Of a stretch of 64,000 nt of DNA, positions 35,465 through 43,957 are shown one piece after another. A program made the translations under genes and the position numbers. The notes beneath the pieces were generated by a model. That model was given only the letters and a program-made list of their open reading frames with translations, did no database searches and had not been told where the DNA came from. The first letter of the stretch is position 1. Every line of letters starts with the position of its first letter. Source of the stretch: Gemmatimonadota bacterium (GTDB lineage: Bacteria > Gemmatimonadota > Gemmatimonadetes > Longimicrobiales > Gaopeijiaceae); NCBI GenBank assembly GCA_028873595.1, contig JAPPOV010000002.1:40378-104377 (forward strand), written 5' to 3'.

Positions 35465-35961
35465 GCTTGAAGATAGTCCGGGCCCCGAGGGCGTACTAGC
35501 TTCCCGGCCGTCCGAGGCTGAGTCGTGTCCCGAGTTCGTCTTCCCATGAAATCCGCGTTTCCCCCTGCCGCCGGGTCGGTGCTGAGCAGCGGCTGTCCCG
35601 ACACACGAGTCCAGCGTCCGGTCGAGCACGCCACATGGATTGAAAGCCGTGCTCGCCACGAGCCGGCGCCGTGCGTCACGTGGAAGACGGTCGGTGGCGC
35701 TTCGCGTGAGGCCTGCATGATCCGGTCCCTATCGAAACAGTACACACTTCATGGATTCCCGAAGAATGCATACAACCTTCGTGCCAGTGGTGACCTGCGC
35801 GGAAGTACAGTGACCATCGCATATGACGGTCGGGGCAGACAATCCCCGGAGTCCGCTGCTATGGAGGCCAACACGAGCCTTGGCCGTCCATCTCCCCCCG
35901 AAGCAGGGGCGTACGATACCCATCGGGCGCTCAGCACCGAGGGTCACCGCGGAGGCCGTCA

Positions 35962-36426
35962 GTGAGCACGATGGGTCGAGAACTCGGCCTGGTGGTGGGG
36001 CGGGAGTTGGATCGTCTGGCCGACGAGGTGCGCAGCCTGCCCAGCGACGAGGCACTGTGGAGCACATGTGGGGCGCAGGTGAATCCTCCCGGGACCCTCC
36101 CGTTGCATCTGGTGGGGAACCTCTCGCACTACATCGGCGCGCATCTGGGTCAAAACGGATACGTTCGCGACCGGCCGGCGGAGTTCGCTGACAGGAGCGT
36201 CACTCGAGAAGACATCCTCACGCGCATTGCGGTGTGTCGAGGGACTGTCGTTCCGGTTCTGGAGGGCCTCACGGAGGAGGAGCTGGAGCGGCCGTACCCC
36301 GGCGATACACCCCAGGCCATGGAGGGAATTTCATCCCGAGGATACCTGATCCATACCATCTGGCACCTGGGTTGGCACCTCGGCCAACTGTACTACCACC
36401 GTCTCGGGCAAGACGGAGCGGACTGA
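35962..36426 (+). CDS. DinB-family (four-helix bundle, metal-binding) protein
   Basis: Conserved His positions occur in HLVGNLSHYIG and HTIWHLGWHLGQLYYH. The start is GTG. The product is 154 aa. Confidence 0.7.
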   Translation: MSTMGRELGLVVGRELDRLADEVRSLPSDEALWSTCGAQVNPPGTLPLHLVGNLSHYIGAHLGQNGYVRDRPAEFADRSVTREDILTRIAVCRGTVVPVLEGLTEEELERPYPGDTPQAMEGISSRGYLIHTIWHLGWHLGQLYYHRLGQDGAD

Positions 36427-36460
36427 GGAGACGGATCGCTCATCCGCCCGGCGGGCCCTG

Positions 36461-38500
36461 TCAATTCCTTCCGCGTTTCAGCACGTTGCCTGCACGGACA
36501 TCCAGGTAAGCTCCGTCGGCCACTGTGACCGTTCCGTTCACGAGGACCCATTCGATTCCGACGGGATACTGGTGGGGCTCCTGAAAGGTGGCCCGGTCCA
36601 TCACCGTCTCTGCGTCGAACACGACCAGGTCGGCGTACCAACCGGCTCGCAGCTGTCCTCGCTCCCGAAGCCCGATCCGCTCGGCGGGCATAGCGGTCAT
36701 CTTTCGAACCGCCTGTTCCAGTGTCAGGACACCCCGCTCGCGGGTATACAGGCCCAACACTCGCGGAAATGTCCCGTACCATCGGGGGTGCGGGTGTCCG
36801 TCACCGAAGGCGACCAGACGCCCGTCCGACGCGATCATGGTCTGTGGGTGTGCCATGATCGCTTCGACATCGGCCTCGTCCATGGCGTGGTAGATCCCGC
36901 TGGCGCCGCCGCGGCGAATCGCCTCAATCACGAGGCGTGCGCCGTTGGCCGCTGTGGGCTCCAGCCCCTCCCGGACAGCCCAATCGTGGAGTGTGAGCCC
37001 CTCCAGAGAACGGTCCCATGGGACGAGTCCGAACTGCACGCGGCGGAGATCGTTGCCCCCACGATCGTTGATGATGTTGTACTCGATCCCGGCAAGGACG
37101 CTGTCCCCGAGAACAGGGTCGTCCGCTCGAGACAGGAGTGAATCGGTCCCACCCGCCATCGCCCACGCCGGGACGAGGATCGTGATGCCAGAGTAGCTTG
37201 CCGTGTACGGGTATTGGTCGATCATGACATCCGTCCCCGCGGCCCGGGCGGAATCCACCATCGCCAGCGTCGTGGCTGAGGAGCCCCACATCGGCTCGCC
37301 TACGACCTTGTGATGCGTGAGAACGACCGGGATTTCGGCCCGACGACCGATCTCTAGGGCCTCGGCCACGCCCTCGAGCAATCCGAGTCCTTCTTCCCGC
37401 AAGTGAGAGGTGTAAAAACCACCTCGGTCACCGGCCACACGGGAGAGGGCGACGACTTCGTCGAGTTCCGCAAACGCGCCCGGCAGGTATTTCAGCCCGG
37501 TCGAGATCCCCCAGGCACCTTCCTTCATCCCTCGGGCGACCATGTTCTCCATCTGCCTCAGCTCGGCCGGGGAGGGCGGGCGGTTCACGAGGCCCATGAC
37601 TTCCCGGCGCACCGTGTTGTGGCCGACCATGAAGCCGACGTTCAGACCCAACCCGAGGGCCTGAGCTTCGGCCTGATATGACTCGAGCGGCCATGGAGCG
37701 GTTCCATCGGGGCCACCGAGTGCCGTGGTGACTCCCTGGCGTACGTGACTTTCCCCTCCGGGTAGACGCAGCAGTGGGTCGAGGTGCGTGTGGATGTCAA
37801 CGAAGCCCGGGCTTACGACCTTGCCCTCGGCGTTGATCACCTGCGCCGCTCTGGCTGGGTCGAGTGAGGTGCGAGAAACCCGGACGATGCGGTCGTCGCG
37901 CACCGCGATGTCCCCGGCAAATGCCGGCTGGCCAGTCCCGTTCACAACCGTTCCGCCCTGAATCAGAACGTCCCAGTCGACGCCACTGCTTTGCCTCAGA
38001 TAGTGGCCATCGAAGGACGTATCCCAGCTCCGACCACCATCGGAGGAGATCTCCCAGTGCTTGCGGGCGCGGGCGCCCGATGTGCCGATCCTGGACCACG
38101 TGATCCGGTTCAGCGTCGCGGGACCATTGTCATTCGGGGTCTCACCCTGCATGACCATGGCATCACCCTCATATCCACCCTCGAGGAGGAGAAGCAGTCC
38201 CTGATTGTCCATCAAGGTCTGATGCCATACGTCGCGGGCGGCATCGTACGTGGTGAGGCTGTGGCGCTCATGGCCGTAGGGGGTCGTGTAGTGTTCGTGT
38301 ACCACGCACTCTCCGAGCACGACGGAGAGGGTGTTATGCCCGTCGAGGGCACCATTGGCCGCACGAACCACCCATCGGCCCTCCCAGAAGTCGAAGTGGC
38401 GGCTCGCCTCGGCGGTGCAGGGCGAACTGCCTGGCGTCTGGGCGTACGCGGGGTGGGCTGCGACGGCAAGGGTCAGGGCGGCGAGTAGGCGGAGAATCAT
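36461..38500 (-). CDS. N-acyl-D-amino-acid deacylase (D-aminoacylase) with extra N-terminal secreted domain
   Basis: ATG 38500 gives the signal peptide MILRLLAALTLAVAAHPAYAQ. An unassigned ~150 aa domain follows (FDFWEGRWVV...). The amidohydrolase part then runs DVLIQGGTVVNGTG...GFVDIHTHLDP...YPYTAS. The track's 145-codon upstream extension is not protein-like. Confidence 0.85.
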   Translation of the reverse strand: MILRLLAALTLAVAAHPAYAQTPGSSPCTAEASRHFDFWEGRWVVRAANGALDGHNTLSVVLGECVVHEHYTTPYGHERHSLTTYDAARDVWHQTLMDNQGLLLLLEGGYEGDAMVMQGETPNDNGPATLNRITWSRIGTSGARARKHWEISSDGGRSWDTSFDGHYLRQSSGVDWDVLIQGGTVVNGTGQPAFAGDIAVRDDRIVRVSRTSLDPARAAQVINAEGKVVSPGFVDIHTHLDPLLRLPGGESHVRQGVTTALGGPDGTAPWPLESYQAEAQALGLGLNVGFMVGHNTVRREVMGLVNRPPSPAELRQMENMVARGMKEGAWGISTGLKYLPGAFAELDEVVALSRVAGDRGGFYTSHLREEGLGLLEGVAEALEIGRRAEIPVVLTHHKVVGEPMWGSSATTLAMVDSARAAGTDVMIDQYPYTASYSGITILVPAWAMAGGTDSLLSRADDPVLGDSVLAGIEYNIINDRGGNDLRRVQFGLVPWDRSLEGLTLHDWAVREGLEPTAANGARLVIEAIRRGGASGIYHAMDEADVEAIMAHPQTMIASDGRLVAFGDGHPHPRWYGTFPRVLGLYTRERGVLTLEQAVRKMTAMPAERIGLRERGQLRAGWYADLVVFDAETVMDRATFQEPHQYPVGIEWVLVNGTVTVADGAYLDVRAGNVLKRGRN

Positions 38501-39148
38501 GCCTGGAGCGGTGAGGGCGACTTGTCGGGATCCAGGCAACGTAGGGTGTTGCCCTTGTCTCCGCGTCCCCTGGTACGGGGCGCGGCCTTCTGCTCCTCGC
38601 GGGTACGGCTCTGGAGCGAGTGGTCCTGTGCTCACCGTCACCAACCTAATAAAGAACATGAGGCGAAGGACGTAAAAGTATGCTGAGAAGTTTGATAGGG
38701 ATATCTGACACTTTTTGTGTGGTTCTGCCGAAGGGTAAGGAACAACGAGGCTGACGGTGTGTTCGGCCGGAGGGCCGGGGGATGAGAGGGGACGGGTCGG
38801 TGATGGACTTGCCGGCTCCGGTCGAACACTCCGTTGATACAGGATCGTGAGCGGGTGATGGCGCAGAATCCGTGACACGCGGATGTGGAAGGGCGCTTGA
38901 TGTGTCGAAACGCCATGGTACGGACCAGGCCGCAAAGGGCCTTGAGGGCACCGTTCCTGCCCTGCTCGCGATGAGCTGAATCGGAGCGCTGGGGTGCCAT
39001 ACTGTGCCGGTTGATGGCGGCGACTCGGCGTGTGGTCTTTCGACCCGCCCGTGGGTTACTTTGTCCACAGGATCCCTGCGACCGGACAATTCGCACGGGC
39101 CTGCCCCCCGTCCGTGTGTGCGTGAAAACTGGCCACGAAGAGGCGTTC

Positions 39149-40051
39149 TTGCTGCAACGATCGATCAAGGTTCTGCTGCTCGACACGGACACGACTTTCG
39201 TTGACGGTTTGCGGCAAGGTCTGAGCGACGGTTACGAGGGTGCACTCGATATCGAGTGGGTTGGAGAGCTCGGTCAGGGCTTGGCGCGGCTCACGCAGGG
39301 TGACCTCGATGTGGTGCTGTTGTCTCTGGATCTGCCCGACAGCGAAGGAATGGTCACGTTTGACCGCGCGTACGCCTTCGCGCCAGAGGTGCCGATCATC
39401 ATCATCGCTGATGAGGCGGACGAGGATACGGCGATCTCGGCCGTACAGGCGGGCGCTCAGGACTATCTGGTGAAGGGTGAGTCTGGCCCTGCTTTGCTGG
39501 TTCGAGCCCTCCGACATGCGATCGAGCGCCACCGCCGCTTCTCGGCCCTTCGCAGCCTTTCGCTCATCGACGATCTGACGGGGCTGTACAACCGGCGAGG
39601 ATTCACTGATCTGGGGGAGCAGTACCTCAAGCTTGCTCGTCGTAGCGGACGAGGCGTGACGATGGTGTACGTCGATGTGGACCGTTTCAAGGCGATCAAT
39701 GACTCATTCGGACACCACGTCGGAGATCGTGCGCTTCTAAAGGTCGCGGACATCTTGCGATTCGCCTTCCGACGTTCGGATATCATTGCTCGCCTTGGGG
39801 GTGACGAGTTCGGAGTTCTGGCGCTCGAGGCTGCGGATGAAAGCGCCGAATTGCTCGTGGAGCGTCTTCGGGACCGGGTGGTGGATTTCAACCGGTCGAG
39901 TGCCGAGCCCTTTGAGCTTTCCCTCAGCATTGGAATGGCTCACCACGACGAAGATCCTCGGGTCCGGCTCGAAGATCTGATCGTGGAGGCTGACGCCGCA
40001 ATGTACCGAGAGAAGCGCGACAAGCAGCCATCTGCGATAAGACCCCGGTGA
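39149..40051 (+). CDS. Response-regulator diguanylate cyclase (REC-GGDEF)
   Basis: The REC part contains KVLLLDTD, the phospho-acceptor in DVVLLSLDLPDSEG, and DYLVKG. The GGDEF domain has an intact RLGGDEFGV and an RxxD I-site (RRSD) exactly 5 residues upstream. I chose the TTG 39149 start because GAAGAGG lies 5 nt upstream. GTG 39116/39122 are alternatives. Confidence 0.85.
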   Translation: MLQRSIKVLLLDTDTTFVDGLRQGLSDGYEGALDIEWVGELGQGLARLTQGDLDVVLLSLDLPDSEGMVTFDRAYAFAPEVPIIIIADEADEDTAISAVQAGAQDYLVKGESGPALLVRALRHAIERHRRFSALRSLSLIDDLTGLYNRRGFTDLGEQYLKLARRSGRGVTMVYVDVDRFKAINDSFGHHVGDRALLKVADILRFAFRRSDIIARLGGDEFGVLALEAADESAELLVERLRDRVVDFNRSSAEPFELSLSIGMAHHDEDPRVRLEDLIVEADAAMYREKRDKQPSAIRPR

Positions 40052-40229
40052 CTTCAGGCGGCCCCATGCACTGGCTCGTTCGCATCGCCGAGCGCGCGAG
40101 TAATGGAGAGCATGAGCGACGCCGAACCTGCGGCCGGCGCAGCTGCTGCCGATGCGTGGTTTGTCGCGGCCAGGTCGTTTGACCTGAGCGATCAGGAGTT
40201 GGCCGTTCTCGTCGCTGATTTCTGAAACG

Positions 40230-41386
40230 ATGGCCAGGAAGCACCGTGTCTTTCCAATGGCGGAAGACGATCGGAGCTTCGTCGTTGCGACGTGTGATCC
40301 TACGAATGTGGAGGCGGAGCGTGCTCTCGGGTGTTCAGCATTGGCCGGACGTTGACATTCGAGGTCGTGCCGCCCGGAGTCATTCAGGACGCCCTCGACG
40401 AACGTTTCTCTCCCGAACGGGTGGTCGAGTCGCTCCTTGGTGGCTTGACTGATGTTGACGAGGATGCGGTCAAGCTCGTTGAGGAGATCGGTCCGGAGTC
40501 GATTAGCGAGGGCGATGTGTCGGCTACGCTGGTAGTCAAACTCACCAACCTGATCATCCGGGACGCCATCACAGCGGGAGCCAGCGACATCCACATCGAG
40601 CCCGGCCGCAGGTTCGGCGTCGTTCGCTATCGGGTCGACGGCGTCCTGCGGAAACCCATGGGACTTCCGATGACCGCGCTCAATCGGATCGTCTCTCGCG
40701 TCAAGGTGCTCGCAAAGCTCGACATCGTCGACCGTCTTCGGCCCCAGGACGGGAACGCGCGTGTGCAGGTGAAGACCCGCGGGTACGATCTCCGTGTGTC
40801 GACGATTCCGGCCGGTGGTGCCGAGAAGTGCGTGATCCGGATCCTGGATTCCAGCAGTTCGATGTCCCTCGATGACCTCAATATTCCCGGGCCGGAGCTC
40901 GACGGCCGAGAGGTTCTGGACCAAATCCGCGGTTCGGTCGACACCTCCGCACTTCCGGTCCTGATTCGGACGGCAACCGGAAACGATTCGCTGGAGGCCG
41001 AGCTCCTGGAGGCGGGAGCGGACGACTACGTGGAGAAGTCGATTGATGCGGCTCGGTTCATCGCTCGGGTGCACGCTGTTACCCGGCGGGCGCTGTTGAC
41101 CCGACTCCGGTCACGTTGTAACCGGTTTGACGGACGCTTTGGTTCGAGCCGGCATCAATGTGCGGAACATGTCCCTGCTGGCTCCAATAGTACGTTCGGT
41201 TTCACCACGTTCCCGCTGATTCCGATTGACACGTCTGTGGGCGCGGGGCAGCTTTACAGGCTGTCGTGTTTCTGGCCGGGAAGCCGGCGTCAGGGCCCGT
41301 TTCGGGCCGCTTTTTCGTTGAACCCCTCGCTTTCATGTTCAAGTCTCTTCGGGGCCGCCTCATCACGGTCGCACTCGTCGTTCTGA
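40230..41386 (+). pseudogene. Frame-broken, ATPase-less GspE/PilB-type N-terminal fragment fused to the C-terminal half of a receiver domain
   Basis: The frame-0 piece 40230-40355 (ARKHRVFPMAEDDRSFVVATCDPTNVEAERALG) continues in frame 2 from 40331 (FSIGRTLTFEVVPPGVIQDAL...ASDIHIEP...VRYRVDGVL...RPQDGNARV...RVSTIPAGGAEKCVIRILD). There is no Walker A. From ~40862 the sequence is REC-like (LDDLNIPGPELDG...LPVLIRTATGND...AGADDYVEKS). The tail reads through a terminator into secD. Details are in the findings. Confidence 0.55.
41294..41315 (+). terminator. Rho-independent terminator upstream of secD
   Basis: The sequence is GGCCCG-TTT-CGGGCC followed by GCTTTTTCG, 20 nt before the secD ATG. Confidence 0.5.
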
Positions 41387-42987
41387 CGGCCGGTTGGCAA
41401 CTCTACGCACACAAGTCCGAAACGGGCCAATGGCTCAAGCTCGGTCTCGACCTCCAGGGTGGCATGCATCTGGTCCTCGAGGTCGACGACCCCGACGGCA
41501 CGATGACCGCGGAAGCCAAGTCGGATATGATCGACCGGGTGGACCGGATCATCCGCACCCGCATCGACGAATTCGGCGTCGAAGAGCCCCTCATTCAGAA
41601 AGTGGGTGGCGAGCGTCTGATCGTTGAGCTCGCCGGCATCGACGACGAGGAGCAGGCCAAGGGTATCGTGCAGCGGAACGCCTTCCTCGAGTTCAAGAAG
41701 GTCCTTCCGACCTCGGATATGGATGGAGCTCTTCGTCGAGTCGACCGTGCCATCGTCGCTTCGCTCGGAGTCGACTCGATCACTGCGCTCGGACGCGCCG
41801 TGGTGCAGGAGGAGACGAGCAATCTCGAGAACCTGCTCTTTGGCACGGACACCGCGTCCGTCGACAGCGCAGCCGCGGCGGCGGATAGCGCGGCAGCAGC
41901 CGTAGCGGACTCAATCGAGGCTGAGGAGAATGCGTTGCGGCCGTTCTCGTCTCTTCTCCTCGTCGGGGACATCGAAGGAACCTATTTAGTGGCGGCAGCT
42001 GATCGCCCGATCGCGGAGATGTTTCTTGCGATGTCGGAGGTCGAGCGTGCGTTCCCGCGAGACCAGATCATGCTCTGGGGTTCCGAACTCGTCGGACAGG
42101 CGGCGCAGACCTACTACCGTCTCTACGTTCTTGAGGAGGACTCGTTTCTGACCGGTGAGGAGCTCGAAGACGCAACGGCGATGCGTGATCCGCAGTTCAA
42201 CCAGTCGCAGGTTCAGTTCGAGTTCTCGCGTGCAGGTGGCCGGCAGTTCGCTCGCTTCTCCGGGGCCAATATCGGCAATTACCTCGCCATCGTGCTCGAT
42301 AATGAGGTGATGAGCGCTCCAGTCATTCGTGACCGCATCGGCGCTCGCGGACAGATCGAAATGGGGCAGGGCACGCCGCTCGAAGAGGCACGCGACCTTG
42401 CACTCGTCCTTCGGGCTGGTGCGCTTCCTGCGCGTATCAACATTGTGGAGGAGCGCACCGTGGGTCCGTCGCTCGGGCAGGACTCGATCGATCAGGGCCG
42501 AATTGCCGGGATGGTCGGGATCGGCCTCGTGGTTGTGGTCATGATCGCCTACTACGGAATGGCGGGCTTCCTCGCCGTGGGCGCGCTGGGCGTCTATGTC
42601 CTGCTCGTTCTGGGTGGCCTCGCAGGCCTCAACGCCACGCTTACCGTACCGGGAATCGCGGGACTTATCCTATCGATTGGGATGGCGGTTGATGCGAACG
42701 TGCTGATCTTCGAACGAATTCGAGAAGAACTCGATCACGGTCGAGCGACGCGCACCGCGGTCGATGAGGGCTTCCAGCACGCGTTGTCGGCGATTGTCGA
42801 TGCCAACATCACGACCCTCATCACGGCGTTGATCCTGTTCCAGTTCGGAACGGGCCCCGTCCAGGGCTTCGCTGTGACGCTTTCGATCGGAATCGTAGCA
42901 TCCTTCTTCTCCGCACTCTTCGTGACCCGCTCCTTCTTCCTGGCGTACCTGTCGGGCAAGAAGGCGTCGGATCCGATCAGCATCTGA
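41335..42987 (+). CDS. secD: Protein translocase subunit SecD
   Basis: MFKSLRGRLITVALVVL...LKLGLDLQGGMHLVLEV, LRAGALPA and C-terminal 6-TM segments are present. Confidence 0.95.
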   Translation: MFKSLRGRLITVALVVLTAGWQLYAHKSETGQWLKLGLDLQGGMHLVLEVDDPDGTMTAEAKSDMIDRVDRIIRTRIDEFGVEEPLIQKVGGERLIVELAGIDDEEQAKGIVQRNAFLEFKKVLPTSDMDGALRRVDRAIVASLGVDSITALGRAVVQEETSNLENLLFGTDTASVDSAAAAADSAAAAVADSIEAEENALRPFSSLLLVGDIEGTYLVAAADRPIAEMFLAMSEVERAFPRDQIMLWGSELVGQAAQTYYRLYVLEEDSFLTGEELEDATAMRDPQFNQSQVQFEFSRAGGRQFARFSGANIGNYLAIVLDNEVMSAPVIRDRIGARGQIEMGQGTPLEEARDLALVLRAGALPARINIVEERTVGPSLGQDSIDQGRIAGMVGIGLVVVVMIAYYGMAGFLAVGALGVYVLLVLGGLAGLNATLTVPGIAGLILSIGMAVDANVLIFERIREELDHGRATRTAVDEGFQHALSAIVDANITTLITALILFQFGTGPVQGFAVTLSIGIVASFFSALFVTRSFFLAYLSGKKASDPISI

Positions 42988-42997
42988 GCCCCGTATC

Positions 42998-43957
42998 ATG
43001 AGACTCTTCAAGAACGCTCAGTACCGCTTCATCGAGAAACGCCGTGTGGCGTATGTCGTATCCGGCATCGTCCTGGCCATCGGCTTTGGTGCGATGATCA
43101 CGAACATCGCCTCTCTCGGTAGCTGGCAGAACTACGGTGTCGACTTCCTCGGCGGATCACTGGTGCAGGTGCGTTTCGAGCAGCCGGTTTCGGCGGGTGA
43201 CCTCCGCGACGCGCTCGGGGGCGCGCAGGCACCCCCGATCACGCAGTTCGGTTCAGAGAGCGAGTTCGTGATTCGAGCTCCTCTGGCTGAGGATGCGTCG
43301 ATCACCGAGGTCGCCGCGAGCATCGAAGCGGACGTGGTGGCAAACCTGCCTAACAGCGGGGTCGAGGTTGTTCGTACCGAGCTGGTGGGTGCGAAGGTCG
43401 GGGCGGAGCTGCAGACCAAGGCCCTGCAGGCCGTGCTCTTCTCGTTTATCCTGACGCTGCTCTACCTCGCGTTCCGTTTCGAGCTTCGCTTCGGCCTGGC
43501 CGCCGTGATCGCGACGGCGCATGACATACTGATCACGCTGGGCTTTCTGGCTCTCTTCCGGGTCGAGATTGCGCTTCCGACCGTGGCCGCGATTCTCACG
43601 ATTCTAGGTTACTCGCTGAACGATACGATCGTGGTGTTCGACCGGGTCCGTGAGAACATGGCGGCCAAGGGTGCGCGCAAACGGGATCCCGTCGACTTGG
43701 TCAACGAATCGATCAACGAAACGCTTCCACGCACGGTGCTTACCTCCGGAACCACCCTTGCGGTTCTGACAGCGCTGCTCGTCCTCGGTGGGGCCGTGAT
43801 CCGTGATTTCACCATCGTGCTGATCCTCGGCGTCGTGATCGGTACGTATTCGTCAATCTTCGTCGCCTCTCCTGCGCTCATCGAGATCCAGAAGCGATGG
43901 GGCATGGGGAACTCCGACGGGAAGAAGAAGGAACGGCCTCAGCCCGCGACGGTGTGA
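42998..43957 (+). CDS. secF: Protein translocase subunit SecF
   Basis: YGVDFLGGSLVQVRF, LGYSLNDTIVVFDRVREN and RTVLTSGTTL are present. Confidence 0.95.
   Translation: MRLFKNAQYRFIEKRRVAYVVSGIVLAIGFGAMITNIASLGSWQNYGVDFLGGSLVQVRFEQPVSAGDLRDALGGAQAPPITQFGSESEFVIRAPLAEDASITEVAASIEADVVANLPNSGVEVVRTELVGAKVGAELQTKALQAVLFSFILTLLYLAFRFELRFGLAAVIATAHDILITLGFLALFRVEIALPTVAAILTILGYSLNDTIVVFDRVRENMAAKGARKRDPVDLVNESINETLPRTVLTSGTTLAVLTALLVLGGAVIRDFTIVLILGVVIGTYSSIFVASPALIEIQKRWGMGNSDGKKKERPQPATV

Noticed and set aside
35465-35961. Possible RNase P RNA, tmRNA, SRP RNA or cobalamin riboswitch in the murB/dinB spacer. Triggers were GAAGATAGTCCGGGCC resembling the P4 GGAAAGTCCGGGC, and CACCACTGGCACGAAGG on the minus strand resembling a B12 box.
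   Set aside because: The partner elements are absent on both strands: no ACAGAACCCGGCTTA-like P4 3' strand, no GGTAA/GNRA modules of RNase P, no tRNA-like 3' end for tmRNA, and no GGTG..AATCC..CCCGCCACTGT core for cobalamin. The resemblance is limited to single short words. The region is kept only as an unassigned non-coding region.
38860-39010. A c-di-GMP-I (GEMM-I) riboswitch upstream of the REC-GGDEF gene, suggested by a GCAAAG-loop hairpin (AGGCC-GCAAAG-GGCCT) and by context.
   Set aside because: GEMM-I needs two conserved hairpins with GGGCAAAC and GACGCAAAGCC elements plus a tetraloop-receptor arrangement. Only one loose GCAAAG is present. I also compared TPP, fluoride, ZTP and SAH consensus words by eye and found no convincing match.
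40066-40224. MHWLVRIAERA... (frame 1 from ATG 40066) and MSDAEP... (frame 2 from 40112) as the original N-terminus of the GspE-like remnant, and the idea that the in-frame TGA codons at 40222 and 40294 are recoded.
   Set aside because: The similarity to T2SSE_N N-termini is too vague to support by eye. The frame-0 reading between the TGAs has clear family-like sequence. Frameshift decay therefore explains the data better than stop-codon recoding.
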